Notes: generated by a model from the letters alone, not told the origin. A DNA stretch of 62,577 bases, filler included, from a bacterium (GCA_026985515.1; 7 parts of 7 records of this genome joined end to end with filler, not necessarily neighbours in it); one strand, 5' to 3'; numbered from the whole stretch's first letter, positions 31,799 through 43,013 are shown. Made by a program: numbers and translations.

Positions 31799-32395
31799 AT
31801 GTCCAGTATGGAAAAGGGGACAGGATGGAGAGAAGCTTCTCCCGAGGAGAAAAAAGCCTATATTGAGCTTTTAGTATGGATAGTGACAGCTGATGGAAAA
31901 TTTCCACTGGAACAGCGACAACTTGTGGTTCAGCTCCTTGACAGACTTGAAATTCCGCTGGGTGAAGAGAAAAGAGTATTAAAAGAGTTTTTTTCAATGC
32001 CCTCTGAAGATGGCATAAAAAATTCCATTAAAAAACTGAAAGAATCCTCCTTGAGATTTTCCGCCCTGGCAGATGTTATCACCCTTGCCCTTGCCGATGA
32101 CCAGGTCACAGAAGAGGAGAAAAAAGTTATAAAAAAGCTTGCCTCAGAGATGAATATTACTGAAAAGCAGTTTCAGAGTATATATCTGACAATAGTGGAA
32201 GCAAAAAGAATAATGAAAGAGAAGATAAACGGGGAAAGAAAAGAACATCTCCTTAAAAATCTCAACAATCCTCTCTTTGCAATCGGGATTCCGGTACTTC
32301 TTTCGATAATTGCAAACAGCGCCCTTGGTGGATCAGCTTTCCTTCTCTGGCTTGGCGTGGAAACCGTTTCGGTGCTGAAGAAACTCTTCAGATAA
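31799..32395 (+). CDS. TerB-family (tellurite resistance-like) protein
   Basis: Two ADG/ADD-x3-E metal-binding helices (TADGKFPLEQ, LADDQVTEEE). Confidence 0.65.
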   Translation: MSSMEKGTGWREASPEEKKAYIELLVWIVTADGKFPLEQRQLVVQLLDRLEIPLGEEKRVLKEFFSMPSEDGIKNSIKKLKESSLRFSALADVITLALADDQVTEEEKKVIKKLASEMNITEKQFQSIYLTIVEAKRIMKEKINGERKEHLLKNLNNPLFAIGIPVLLSIIANSALGGSAFLLWLGVETVSVLKKLFR

Positions 32396-34156
32396 TTACT
32401 CCAGATCTTTCAAAAAAGGAAGTTTTTTTTCAATGTAATCCAACAAAACATTCTCAACTTTCTTCGCTGTATCCTGGAGAAGAAGTTTCTGAACCAGTTC
32501 CCTTGCTTCCTTTGAATCTAATTCCCTCACAACCTTTTTCACCTTTAAAATTGAGTGTGGAATCATGCTCAGACTCGTATACCCAAGTCCCAGCAAAACA
32601 ACTGTGAAGACTGGATCACCCGCAGCCTCGCCACAGATCCCCACTTCTATTCCCTCTTTCCTTGCACTTTCAGCAATCTGGTTTAAAAGACGGAGAATGG
32701 CAGGATGTAAAGGCTCAAAGAGATACTCCACATGCTCATTTGTCCTGTCCACAGCAAGGGTATACTGAACAAGGTCATTTGTTCCAACACTGAAAAAATC
32801 CACCTCCCTTGCAAGCATATCAGCAATAATGGCAGCAGAGGGAACCTCAATCATGGCACCAATGGGAACATGCGACGCAAAACTCTTACCCTCCTCTTCC
32901 AGTTCCCTGTGTACTTCCTTTATGAGCTTTTTCACCCTTCTCACTTCCCACACGCCAGAAACCATCGGAAACATTATCCTCAGATCTCCATACTCTGCCG
33001 CTCTGTACAGAGCTTTCAGCTGATTTTTGAAAATCTCCCTGTATTGCAGAGCCAGCCTTACCCCTCTCAACCCAAGGGCTGGGTTGTCTTCCTGATAGAG
33101 AGTAAAAGGGGTCTTTTTATCCGCACCCAGATCAAATGTCCTTATGATAACGGGAAGAGGAGCCATCTTTTCGAGTACACCTTTATAAATCTCAAACTGC
33201 TCATTTTCAGGTGGTGGATCATCTCTGTTAAGGAAAAGGAACTCCGTCCTGAAAAGACCTATTCCTTCAGCTTTGTGAGAAATAACAGCGGGTATTTCCT
33301 CCACAAAATCCACATTCGCAAGGAGTGAGATCTTGGTACCATCCTTTGTAACAGATGGAACATCAATGTAGCTCCTCAGTTCGCGGTATCTCCTCTCATA
33401 CTCCTCCCGCAGAGCAGCGTACTTTTCAACCATGTGGCGGGTGGGATTGAGAATAACAACTCCATGGATCCCATCAACTATTACCTCATCTCCCTCCTCA
33501 GCATGATCCAGAAATCCCTCAACACCCACCACTGCAGGAAGTTCCAGGGTTCTTATTGTGATTGATGTATGAGAATTTTTACCACCTATTTCAACTATGA
33601 GGCCCTTCACCCCCGCTTTGTGAAGTTTCACAACTTCCAGAGGGGAAAGATCATGTGCTGCAAGAATATCCCTCCCGCTCTCACCAATATCTTCCTCTCT
33701 TTCTCCCCGGAGATTCTTCACCAGTCTGTTTGCCACAAAATAGAGATCCTCTTTCCTTTCCCTGATGTAAGGATCATTAATCTTTTCAAAAAATTTTTCC
33801 ATTTCCTTCACAACTTTCTCAACGGCCCATTCAGCGTTGATCTGCTCTTCCACGATGTGATTCTTGATCTTGCTCATGAGAGTTGCATCATTGAGAAACA
33901 TCTTCTGGATTTCAAGAATAGAAAACACTTCCTTCTGAAGATCTGGATCAATCCTTGAGAGTATCTCCTCTATCTGTTTCTTGGAAGCAAGGAGAGCCCT
34001 GTCAAATCTGCGTAATTCGTATCCAATATATGGTTTCAAAATCTGATACTTGGGAATCTCCACCTTGCTTCTGGTGGAAATGGAAAGAGTACCAATAGCT
34101 ATTCCTGGATAAACACCTATGCCTTCAAAAGTGAGTTCCTTTTTCTTTCGCTTCAT
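32396..34156 (-). CDS. ptsI: PEP-protein phosphotransferase (Enzyme I)
   Basis: GGKNSHTSI, GIGLFRTEFL, NPALGLRGVR, MIEVP, GTNDLVQY, ICGE. Confidence 0.97.
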   Translation of the reverse strand: MKRKKKELTFEGIGVYPGIAIGTLSISTRSKVEIPKYQILKPYIGYELRRFDRALLASKKQIEEILSRIDPDLQKEVFSILEIQKMFLNDATLMSKIKNHIVEEQINAEWAVEKVVKEMEKFFEKINDPYIRERKEDLYFVANRLVKNLRGEREEDIGESGRDILAAHDLSPLEVVKLHKAGVKGLIVEIGGKNSHTSITIRTLELPAVVGVEGFLDHAEEGDEVIVDGIHGVVILNPTRHMVEKYAALREEYERRYRELRSYIDVPSVTKDGTKISLLANVDFVEEIPAVISHKAEGIGLFRTEFLFLNRDDPPPENEQFEIYKGVLEKMAPLPVIIRTFDLGADKKTPFTLYQEDNPALGLRGVRLALQYREIFKNQLKALYRAAEYGDLRIMFPMVSGVWEVRRVKKLIKEVHRELEEEGKSFASHVPIGAMIEVPSAAIIADMLAREVDFFSVGTNDLVQYTLAVDRTNEHVEYLFEPLHPAILRLLNQIAESARKEGIEVGICGEAAGDPVFTVVLLGLGYTSLSMIPHSILKVKKVVRELDSKEARELVQKLLLQDTAKKVENVLLDYIEKKLPFLKDLE

Positions 34157-34452
34157 TACTCCTCTTCACCAAATCTATTTTCAACAAGTTCAACAAGTGC
34201 CTCCACTGCCTCATCAGCATCTGGACCAATGGCAACAATCCTCACCTCTGTTCCCTTTGCAGCTCCAAGGGTAAGCAAACCAAGTATGCTCTTCCCGTTT
34301 GCTTCCATATCATCTTTGATCACGAGGATCTCACTCTGAAACTTCTCTGCAGTTTTAACAAAACTGCTGGCTGCCCGGGCGTGAAAACCCAGTTTATTTA
34401 CGATTTCCACAGATTTTTCAACCCTTTTCACATCTTCAATATTTCTGGCCAT
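34156..34452 (-). CDS. ptsH: Phosphocarrier protein HPr
   Basis: GFHARAA (His15) and NGKSILGLL (Ser46). Confidence 0.96.
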   Translation of the reverse strand: MARNIEDVKRVEKSVEIVNKLGFHARAASSFVKTAEKFQSEILVIKDDMEANGKSILGLLTLGAAKGTEVRIVAIGPDADEAVEALVELVENRFGEEE

Positions 34453-35189
34453 AACCTGTCTCCAGTAATTAGTATAATGTAATAGAAAAGTATTACAAAA
34501 TCACCCGGAAAAATAACCATAAAGAGTCCAATTACAAATCCTGCAAAGACCCCTTCAAAGGAAAAAAACTGATGTACATACGACCAGAAGATCAGGTATG
34601 AGAATAGGGATGCTGAAAGCACACTATTAACTGTAAAAAGTATCTTTGCAATTCTGTAGGGATTTCTATTTCCTATCATGTCAACAATTTCCACCCCATA
34701 TCTGTAACCAAGGAAAAAACCTCTTATTCTGAGAAAAAATGAGAAGGAATTGTAAATAACAACGAAAACTATCAAACCAGCCACAGGTGAGATTAAAACT
34801 CCAATCAAAATTCCCGCAAAGGCAGACAGGGGCCTGAAACCTGCCCATCCGTAAGTATCACCAATGGCTCCAAGTGTACTCATCATACGCACCTTGAAAG
34901 AGCTTATAATATCTTCTTTTATTTTTCCCCCAGCATACTCCATTTCCATTTTCACCAGAGCACCCAGCATAATCGGGAAAAAGAGGGGATTGGTGTTAAA
35001 GTACTCCTCGTAGAATTTCTTTCTCTGAAAATACTTCTCCCTTTCATTTTTGTAGAGATGGTCCAGGAGAGGAAGAAGGGTGTAGAGAAGACCGATACTC
35101 TGCAATCGCTCAAAATTCCACCACGCCTGGAGAAAAAAACTTCTCCAAATTATTTTTAAAAGAATTCCACCAACCTTTACCATATCCAT
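34428..35189 (-). CDS. PTS mannose/fructose/sorbose family IID component
   Basis: RSFFLQAWWNFERLQ, FNTNP, GAIGD. Confidence 0.9.
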   Translation of the reverse strand: MDMVKVGGILLKIIWRSFFLQAWWNFERLQSIGLLYTLLPLLDHLYKNEREKYFQRKKFYEEYFNTNPLFFPIMLGALVKMEMEYAGGKIKEDIISSFKVRMMSTLGAIGDTYGWAGFRPLSAFAGILIGVLISPVAGLIVFVVIYNSFSFFLRIRGFFLGYRYGVEIVDMIGNRNPYRIAKILFTVNSVLSASLFSYLIFWSYVHQFFSFEGVFAGFVIGLFMVIFPGDFVILFYYIILITGDRLWPEILKM

Positions 35190-35881
35190 TGCAACCAGTG
35201 TATAAAAAGGAAAAGAAAAAAAGCAATCAAAAATGTAAGAATATACAGAGAGGTTAGTCTCTGTTTTTTAACACTTGAAAGATACGAAAAAAACAGAATA
35301 GAGGGGATTCCACTCAAAAAAATAAGGCCAGGTGAAGTGTTGAGAGATAGAGACTTCAAAAAAAGAGCAAGTGGAAAAGCAAAAACCAGTACAGCAGTCA
35401 AGTAAATAAAGTGAACAACAAAATTTATGGAAAGAGCATAATAGAGGCTTCTGCCTATCAGTTCTTCATCTTCACCACCTGCTTCTATCCACCGTGCTAT
35501 GCGAAGATTTATCTCTCTCTGGACCATATCAACCCTCTTACCCAGATAGCCATTCACTATTCCCCAGAAGATACTCCAGCTCAGGGCATCAGAGCTGGGG
35601 ATTCCAAATCTGATGGAAACGAGGTAAATAATAACTGCCGAGAAAAAGGCAAGCACCTCATGTGGTGGCACAGTGTTGCCCACGGGTAGTTTGCTGAGCC
35701 AAAGAACCTCGAAAAAGATGCCCAGCACCAGCATTTCATTCATTCTGCCAAAAATCAGTCCAAGAATTACTGAAGCTGGAAAAGGTCTCAAAATTGAGAA
35801 CTGAAATGCCGCGTATCTTTCAACCCCTCCAGCAGATCCGAGAATAAGAAGAAGAATTGTTTTGGCAACAGATTCAATCAT
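35177..35881 (-). CDS. PTS mannose-family IIC component
   Basis: QFSILRP, FEVLWLSKLPVGNTVPP, hydrophobic; operon position. Confidence 0.85.
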   Translation of the reverse strand: MIESVAKTILLLILGSAGGVERYAAFQFSILRPFPASVILGLIFGRMNEMLVLGIFFEVLWLSKLPVGNTVPPHEVLAFFSAVIIYLVSIRFGIPSSDALSWSIFWGIVNGYLGKRVDMVQREINLRIARWIEAGGEDEELIGRSLYYALSINFVVHFIYLTAVLVFAFPLALFLKSLSLNTSPGLIFLSGIPSILFFSYLSSVKKQRLTSLYILTFLIAFFLFLFIHWLQWIW

Positions 35882-36371
35882 CTATGATTTCTTTACCTTT
35901 TTCTCCCGGTATGTTTCTCAACTCAACTTTCTTTCCTTCCCTGGAAAGGATTTTTAACTTCTCCAGTTCCTCCAAACTGCATGTGAAAAAGCTGGTGAGA
36001 TTAACCACATTCTCTCCTCTTTTATGATAATTACCAACATTCACAAACTCTACCGGCACCAGTGAAGCAACCTTAACAAGATCATCAACATTGTTAACCA
36101 GTATCAGAACATTTTTCCCGTTTGATACATCAGAAATACTTGGGATGCGGGAAGTATCAATGAAATGAAGAGAAACATCTGGAGGTACTGAAAGAGACAT
36201 GATTTTCTGTTGCATTGGGTCAGAACTGATTCTGTCACTTACAACGAAAATCTCATCAATGGATAGAAAAGGCACCCACCCCTGAACAACCTGACCATGG
36301 ATCAGCCTGTCATCCAGCCTGAGGTAAAATTTTTTCTTTTTTTCTCCCTTCTTCCAGACGGAAAATCTCAT
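35874..36371 (-). CDS. PTS mannose-family IIB component
   Basis: RLDDRLIHGQV, VNVGN. Confidence 0.92.
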   Translation of the reverse strand: MRFSVWKKGEKKKKFYLRLDDRLIHGQVVQGWVPFLSIDEIFVVSDRISSDPMQQKIMSLSVPPDVSLHFIDTSRIPSISDVSNGKNVLILVNNVDDLVKVASLVPVEFVNVGNYHKRGENVVNLTSFFTCSLEELEKLKILSREGKKVELRNIPGEKGKEIIDD

Positions 36372-36778
36372 GCAAGTGCCTTCGAAGCAATTTTCACATT
36401 ATCTTTTCCATAGTCGGCAAGATACAGGACAACTTCGTGCAGTGGCTTTTTTTCCTCCTCCATGCTCATCTTAAGTGCCTTTATAAGCATGGGAAGATTG
36501 AATCCTGTTATTACCTCAACCTTTCCCGGTTTCACAAAACCAAAAGATATGTTGGATGGGGTTCCTCCAAACATATCGGTAAAAATGAGGACCCTTCTGT
36601 ATTTTTTCAAAAACTTATTCACCAGTCTTTCAAACTGCTCCTGAATTTCATCAATATTTTTCCCAAATTCTACCGAAATTGCCTCAACTGTGTCAATTTC
36701 ACCAACGATTGTTTTAACAGTTTCGACGGCTTCTTTTCCAAAATTCCCGTGCGTGGCAACAATAATTCCGAAGCTCAT
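36368..36778 (-). CDS. PTS mannose-family IIA component
   Basis: IIVATHG, DMFGGTPSN, TGFNLPML. Confidence 0.93.
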   Translation of the reverse strand: MSFGIIVATHGNFGKEAVETVKTIVGEIDTVEAISVEFGKNIDEIQEQFERLVNKFLKKYRRVLIFTDMFGGTPSNISFGFVKPGKVEVITGFNLPMLIKALKMSMEEEKKPLHEVVLYLADYGKDNVKIASKALA

Positions 36779-37635
36779 AACTCCTCCAGATCTCTGTGGG
36801 TTACACTAACATTATATCCCTCTTCCATTAGCATTCCAGCAATAACCTCAGCAACATAAACTGACCTGTGCCTTCCACCAGTGCAACCTATTGATATGAC
36901 GGGATTCCATATGGGTGAATCCCTTGATTCAAGGAAAAATTTTATGTAGGAGTAGGTTGATTCAATAAATGCATTGACTTCCTCCTTTGAGGAAAGAAAC
37001 TCCTTCACCTCCCTGTCCTTCCCTGTTTTATCCTTCAATTCAGGTACAAAGTAGGGATTTGGCAAGACCCGGGCGTTAAACACCAGATCAGAATTCTCAG
37101 GAATCCCCCTTGAGAAACCAAAGGAGATTATTGTGATGTATATGGCGCTGGCTGATCTGTTCAATCTTTCGGCAATTTCTCTGCTCAACCTGTGAATATC
37201 AAAGGAAGATGTGTCAATAACTTCCGTGGCCTTCTCCCTTACTGGTTCAAGATACTTCTGCTCAAGCTTAATTATCTTCTTCAAATCAGCAACTTGTCCC
37301 AGTGGATGAATTCTCCTTGCCTCCTTAAATCTTCTTACTATAACATCCACCTTAGCTGTAAGGTAAAAAATACGGTAATTTATCTTTCTCAGTTCCAGTT
37401 CTTTCAATATTTTGTTTATCTCAGATAGAAACGGCCTTTCCCTGACATCTATTCCAAGAGCAAGTTTGTCATACGGGATTTCACTCTTTTCCATAAGATC
37501 AATGAAAACAGGTATCAAAGAAAGGGGGAGGTTATCAACAGTGTAGTACTGAAGATCCTGAAGCGCCTTCAGCGCCGTGGTTTTACCTGCTCCTGATAGT
37601 CCGGTGACAATTATTACTTCTTTAATCTTGCTCAC
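36775..37635 (-). CDS. rapZ: RNase adapter RapZ (YvcJ family)
   Basis: TGLSGAGKT, VDNLP, RRIHPL, LPNPYF, IGCTGGRHRSV. Confidence 0.95.
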   Translation of the reverse strand: MSKIKEVIIVTGLSGAGKTTALKALQDLQYYTVDNLPLSLIPVFIDLMEKSEIPYDKLALGIDVRERPFLSEINKILKELELRKINYRIFYLTAKVDVIVRRFKEARRIHPLGQVADLKKIIKLEQKYLEPVREKATEVIDTSSFDIHRLSREIAERLNRSASAIYITIISFGFSRGIPENSDLVFNARVLPNPYFVPELKDKTGKDREVKEFLSSKEEVNAFIESTYSYIKFFLESRDSPIWNPVISIGCTGGRHRSVYVAEVIAGMLMEEGYNVSVTHRDLEEL

Positions 37636-38582
37636 TCAATTTCCTCCCTGAATCTCCCCTGCAATGCTCTATCAATGTTTTCCTTAAATTCTTTTGCAGA
37701 ATCTATTCCCTTCAACTTCAGCAGATAGTTCCTCGCAGCAACTTCAATTAGAGCTGGCAACTGCCTTCCAGGCGTGACGGGTAATCTCACCAGTGGAACT
37801 CTGACCCCCATTATTTCGTAATAGTTTTCCTCAAAGCCGAGTCTATCATAATCAGTTTCATCCTCCCACCTGATAAGCTCTATAACAAGTTCAATTCTTT
37901 TGGTATCCCTTATTGAGGAAATTCCGAAAAGATCCTTGATGTTGATTATACCCAGGCCCCTTATTTCCACGATGTGTTTTAGAAGTTCTGTGGATCTTCC
38001 TATAAGCACCCTTGGAGACTTCTTAATAATTTCAACCATATCATCTGCCACAAAACGGTGGTTCCTCATTATCAATGAAAGGGACAATTCACTTTTTCCT
38101 ATTCCACTCTTACCGATGATGAGAACCCCCACACCAAAAACATCGAGAAGGTTTCCATGAATAACCACCTTCTCTGCAAGAAGTTCCGCAAGGAGATCTT
38201 CAATCTGGATTATAAATGTGGAACTCTGCATGGAAGTTCTAAGAAGGGGAATTTTCTCTTTACACGCTTTCCTCTTGAGAACCTGGGGTATGTTGAGACC
38301 CTTTGTTACGATGATACAGCTGATTGGTATCTCCTCAAGGAATTTGACAGCCTTTCTCTTCTTGTAGGGAGAGAGCTGATTCAGATATGTTATTTCAGTT
38401 TCCCCAAAAATCTGAACTCTTTCAGGATATACATGATATGTGAATCCCGTCAGAGCAAGACCGGGTTTCTGGATTCTGGGATGTTCGATCAGTTTCTCTT
38501 TGAGACGATGGTTGCAGATGACCTCTAAATCAATGCCTCTTTTGAGAGCTTCATTTAGCAGTTCATCTACACTAATTTTCAT
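37632..38582 (-). CDS. hprK: HPr kinase/phosphorylase
   Basis: IQKPGLALTG, GKSGIGKSE, VADD, EIRGLGII, EVAARN. Confidence 0.96.
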   Translation of the reverse strand: MKISVDELLNEALKRGIDLEVICNHRLKEKLIEHPRIQKPGLALTGFTYHVYPERVQIFGETEITYLNQLSPYKKRKAVKFLEEIPISCIIVTKGLNIPQVLKRKACKEKIPLLRTSMQSSTFIIQIEDLLAELLAEKVVIHGNLLDVFGVGVLIIGKSGIGKSELSLSLIMRNHRFVADDMVEIIKKSPRVLIGRSTELLKHIVEIRGLGIINIKDLFGISSIRDTKRIELVIELIRWEDETDYDRLGFEENYYEIMGVRVPLVRLPVTPGRQLPALIEVAARNYLLKLKGIDSAKEFKENIDRALQGRFREEIE

Positions 38583-38585
38583 GTG

Positions 38586-39047
38586 TTACAGTTTTGAGTC
38601 TTCTTCTCTGAGTACATTAACAATCTCCTCAGCAGAAGAAGCGTTCATTAATTTTTCTCTAACTTCGCTCTTTTTCAGAATCCTGCTAATCTTGGCAAGA
38701 GCCTGAAGATGAACTGCGGGCTTTGATTCAGGAGCCAAAAGAAGAAAAAAGAGATGCACAGGTTTCCCATCCATGGCATCAAAGTCAACACCTCTTCTGG
38801 ACCTCCCAAAGGCGAGGTAAATTCTCTCACCATTTTTCAACTTACCGTGCGGAATTGCCACACCATTTCCGATTCCTGTGCTCCCAAGACTTTCCCTTTC
38901 AAGGAGGAGATTGTAGATTTCCTCACCATTTAGTTCTGGAAATTTCTTCGAAACCAGGCTGGATAACTCTCTGATTACCCCCTCCTTGGAATCCCCCTTG
39001 AGATCAGGTTCTACCAGATCCTCATCAATATACTCGCTTATTCGCAT
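38586..39047 (-). CDS. ptsN: PTS IIA(Ntr)-like protein
   Basis: ERESLGSTGIGNGVAIPHGK, FDAMDGKPV, HLQALAKISR. Confidence 0.92.
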   Translation of the reverse strand: MRISEYIDEDLVEPDLKGDSKEGVIRELSSLVSKKFPELNGEEIYNLLLERESLGSTGIGNGVAIPHGKLKNGERIYLAFGRSRRGVDFDAMDGKPVHLFFLLLAPESKPAVHLQALAKISRILKKSEVREKLMNASSAEEIVNVLREEDSKL

Positions 39048-39073
39048 AATTTTCTCCTCTTGTGATAAGGATA

Positions 39074-39173
39074 NNNNNNNNNNNNNNNNNNNNNNNNNNN
39101 NNNNNNNNNNNNNNNNNTTAATTAATTAANNNNNNNNNNNNNNNNNNNNNNNNNNNNNNNNNNNNNNNNNNNN
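39074..39173. other. Artificial contig linker
   Basis: N44-TTAATTAATTAA-N44. Confidence 0.99.
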
Positions 39174-39550
39174 TGAAAAACATCTTCAAGAGAAGCGAGA
39201 TCCTTGCAAGGGCAACAAGAGCGGGGCTTATGGCAATGGGTCTGAAGCTTGTTGCTCCTGAATCACCTGCCAATTCTGCCACGGGTGCATTCGTTCCGGA
39301 AGGAATTGATGGAGGGAAACTCACCAAATATATGAGGGATCAGATGGGCGTTACGGTGGCAGGAGGACAGAACCAGTTTAAGGGGAAAATAGTGAGAATT
39401 GCCCATATGGGATTTATTGATGCCTTTGATATTATAATTGCTCTTTCTTCTCTTGAGATTGCCCTTGAAAAATTCGGATACAGGGTGGAAAGGGGTAAAG
39501 GAGTCGCGGCAGCCATTGAAATACTCCGGGAGAGATTCCCTGAAGTTTAA
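39174..39550 (+). CDS. Class V PLP aminotransferase (serine-pyruvate / phosphoserine type), 5' partial
   Basis: AGGQ-x3-GKIVRIAHMG C-terminal motif; upstream of serA. Confidence 0.85.
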
Positions 39551-39564
39551 AAAGGAGTTGAAAA

Positions 39565-41154
39565 ATGAGTTACAGAATCCTTATCAGTGACAAGCTTTCG
39601 GAAGAGGGATTGAAAATATTAAGAGAATCCCCGGATGTTGAGGTTGTTAATAAACCTGGTCTTTCAAAAGAGGAATTGTTGAAGGAAATTGAAGAAGCTG
39701 ATGCCCTGATTGTTAGAAGTGGTACGAAGGTCACGGCTGATGTGATAGAGGCGGCAAAGAAGTTGAAAGTAATAGGGAGGGCGGGAATAGGAGTTGATAA
39801 TATTGATGTTGAGGCAGCCTCGAAAAGGGGAATAATTGTAATGAACACGCCTGGAGGTAACGCAAATGCTGCTGCCGAGCATGCCATAGCGATGATGGCT
39901 GCTCTGGCAAGGAATATCCCCCAGGCACATATGTCCATGAAACAGGGGAAGTGGGAAAAGAAGAAATTTATGGGGGTAGAGCTGGGGGGCAAAGTTCTGG
40001 GTGTAATTGGTCTTGGTAACATAGGGAGTATTGTGGCAAGAAAAGCTCGTGGCCTTGGTATGAAGGTTATGGGATATGATCCTTTTGTGACTACTGAAAA
40101 GGCAAAGGAGCTTGCCATTTCTGTTGTTTCACTTGAGGAAATATTCAAAAAAAGTGATTTTATCACAGTGCATACCCCCCTTACTGATGAAACAAGGTAT
40201 ATGATTGATGAGAAAGCCTTTGAACAGATGAAAAACGGTGTCAGGATCATAAATTGTGCCAGGGGTGGCATAATCAAGGAAGATGCACTTATAAAAGCAA
40301 TTGAAGATGGAAAGGTGGCAGGGGCTGCCCTTGATGTTTTTGAGACAGAGCCTCTTCCCGCTGATAGCCCCCTTATTAAAAACGACAGGATTATTCTCAC
40401 GCCTCATCTTGGTGCAAGCACTGTTGAGGCACAGGTCAATGTTGCTGTGGCCATAGCGAAGCAGATACTGGATTATCTGACTACGGGAAATATTGTTAAT
40501 GCAGTTAATATGCCTTCAGTTTCACCTGATCTCTACAGGGTTTTAAAACCTTACATATCTCTTGGTGAGAAGATAGGGGCTCTTGCCACCCAGCTCATTT
40601 CTGCACCGGTAGAGGCTATTGGAATTGAGTACAGTGGAAAGGTTGCAGATTTTAATGTTAAACCTATTACCAGTGCAGTTCTTAAGGGATTTCTTGCTCC
40701 AATTCTTGAAATAGAGGTTAACTTTGTGAATGCTCCCTACATTGCAAGGGAGCGGGGTATTGTGGTGAATGAAATAACATCCCCGGAGAAGCACCCATAC
40801 GAATCTCTGATTACGGTTCAGGTGAAGACGGAGGATGGATATCACAGAGTATCAGGGACCATCTTTGGAAAAGAGGAACCTCGTATAGTGAATATTGACG
40901 AGTTTGAGGTGGAAGCTGCTCCTTATGGTGCTGTGTTGCTCATTGAAAATTACGATAGACCGGGAGTTATTGGAAAGCTTGGAACACTTCTTGGATCAAA
41001 GGGTATAAATATTGATCAGATGCATGTGGGCAGAAAGAAAAGCGGTGAAACGGCTCTCAGTATGATTCAGTTAAAGGAACCGGTAGGTGAGGAAATAATC
41101 AGGGAGATTGAGCAACTTGACGATATTATTTCAATCAGACAGGTAAAGTTCTGA
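39565..41154 (+). CDS. serA: D-3-phosphoglycerate dehydrogenase
   Basis: GRAGIGVDNID, GLGNIG, NCARGG, TPHLGASTVEAQ, C-terminal ACT (DRPGVIG). Confidence 0.97.
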   Translation: MSYRILISDKLSEEGLKILRESPDVEVVNKPGLSKEELLKEIEEADALIVRSGTKVTADVIEAAKKLKVIGRAGIGVDNIDVEAASKRGIIVMNTPGGNANAAAEHAIAMMAALARNIPQAHMSMKQGKWEKKKFMGVELGGKVLGVIGLGNIGSIVARKARGLGMKVMGYDPFVTTEKAKELAISVVSLEEIFKKSDFITVHTPLTDETRYMIDEKAFEQMKNGVRIINCARGGIIKEDALIKAIEDGKVAGAALDVFETEPLPADSPLIKNDRIILTPHLGASTVEAQVNVAVAIAKQILDYLTTGNIVNAVNMPSVSPDLYRVLKPYISLGEKIGALATQLISAPVEAIGIEYSGKVADFNVKPITSAVLKGFLAPILEIEVNFVNAPYIARERGIVVNEITSPEKHPYESLITVQVKTEDGYHRVSGTIFGKEEPRIVNIDEFEVEAAPYGAVLLIENYDRPGVIGKLGTLLGSKGINIDQMHVGRKKSGETALSMIQLKEPVGEEIIREIEQLDDIISIRQVKF

Positions 41155-41161
41155 GGGGGCT

Positions 41162-42058
41162 GTGGATAGAAAATATTTTTTGCCTCCTGGTAGCAGGGAG
41201 ATAATTGGCGAGAAAGCGGGTAGCCTGTGGAATTTGGAGAAGAAATTAGCTGCTATATTTGAAGATTCCGGTTTAAGGAGAATTTACCCGCCCCTTCTGG
41301 AGTATCATCAGGTTTTCACAAGGGGAATAGGACCTGAAAAAGAGAAAAAGACCTACAAGTTGATTGACCCTTCTTCAGGGAGTCTTCTTGTATTGAGGTC
41401 TGACATTACTCCCCAGATAGTCCGTACATGGTGGAGTCTGGGTTACCCTGAAGATTTCAGTGTTTATTACTTTGAAAGAGTGGTGAGAATCGAGGATCAG
41501 TATTCGGGTGAAGAGAGGGAGCTTTTCCAGGGTGGTGTTGAGCTGTTAAATCTGTCTGCTGATCCTGAGACGAAACTTCTTACTCTTCTCTATGAAATTT
41601 TGACTGCACTTAATCTTCCTTCTCCTGTTATCGTAATTGGAAGTTCTGAGATAACAGATCTTCTGAGTGAGAGCTATCCTGAAATTACACCATGTTTGAA
41701 GAGAAGAGATATTTCCTGTGTGGAAAAGCATGCTACCGATGAGTTCCTGAAACAGCTTCTGATAAATCCAGTTGATGAAATTAATGGTGGCATACCCGGG
41801 AAGTTGGCAGATAAAGTGGAGGAGTTGTTTAAAGTTTCTGAGGAAATAAGAAGAAAAAATGGCTTTACCGTGAAAATAGACCCTTTGCTTTTTCCTCCCT
41901 CTTCCTATTACAGCGGTATAATTTTCAAGGTAATATGTGATGACGGATCAGAGGTAATAGTGGGGGGAAGGTATGATGGGTTGCTGGAGAGGTTCGGGAA
42001 AAGAGCACCTGCCGCGGGATTTGCCATTGATCTTATAACGGTGGCTTCTATTTTATGA
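41162..42058 (+). CDS. hisZ: ATP phosphoribosyltransferase regulatory subunit
   Basis: LRSDITPQI, RELFQGGVEL, YYSGIIF, GGRYDGLL, PAAGFAI; precedes purA. Confidence 0.88.
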   Translation: MDRKYFLPPGSREIIGEKAGSLWNLEKKLAAIFEDSGLRRIYPPLLEYHQVFTRGIGPEKEKKTYKLIDPSSGSLLVLRSDITPQIVRTWWSLGYPEDFSVYYFERVVRIEDQYSGEERELFQGGVELLNLSADPETKLLTLLYEILTALNLPSPVIVIGSSEITDLLSESYPEITPCLKRRDISCVEKHATDEFLKQLLINPVDEINGGIPGKLADKVEELFKVSEEIRRKNGFTVKIDPLLFPPSSYYSGIIFKVICDDGSEVIVGGRYDGLLERFGKRAPAAGFAIDLITVASIL

Positions 42059-42073
42059 AATAGAAAGGAGTAA

Positions 42074-42458
<385 letters not shown>

Positions 42459-42558
42459 NNNNNNNNNNNNNNNNNNNNNNNNNNNNNNNNNNNNNNNNNN
42501 NNTTAATTAATTAANNNNNNNNNNNNNNNNNNNNNNNNNNNNNNNNNNNNNNNNNNNN
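42459..42558. other. Artificial contig linker
   Basis: N44-TTAATTAATTAA-N44. Confidence 0.99.
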
Positions 42559-43013
42559 AGGTAACCATATTAATCTCCACCACTAAAGGGGAAATGATCG
42601 GCAAAATATATCCGGAAAAAGCACCTGAAGGTGCGAAAATCTTTCTTGACCTTGTGAAAAAAGGGTTTTACAATGGGAAAAAATTTATAAGGGTTGTAAA
42701 AAAACCCTTTCCATTTCTAATCCAGACTGGGGCACCGCAAAACAATCCCCACTTATCTGCCTTCAAACCAAAAATTATACCTCCGGGGAATTTCCATCAC
42801 ATAAGAGGTGCGATAGCCCTGGCAAAGGATCCCCTCAGCGGGGGAGTAACTTCCCAGTTCTACATACTCCTTACCGATGCCCCATACCTTGATGGTAAAG
42901 ATACCGTAATTGGAGAAATAATTGATGGTATGGAGGTCGCAAAGAAAATAGGAAAAGAGGACCTTGTAAAGTTTATAAAAATTCTGAAAAGAGGAGAAAA
43001 TGAAAGAAGGTAA
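42559..43013 (+). CDS. Cyclophilin-type peptidyl-prolyl isomerase, 5' partial
   Basis: TTKGE, GFYNG-FIRVV, IQTG, RGAIALA, SQFYI, YLDG, GMEV. Confidence 0.85.

Noticed and set aside
32396-39047. ptsN-hprK-rapZ-mannose PTS-ptsH-ptsI cluster
   Set aside because: Known conserved arrangement downstream of rpoN/hpf in deltaproteobacteria; not novel
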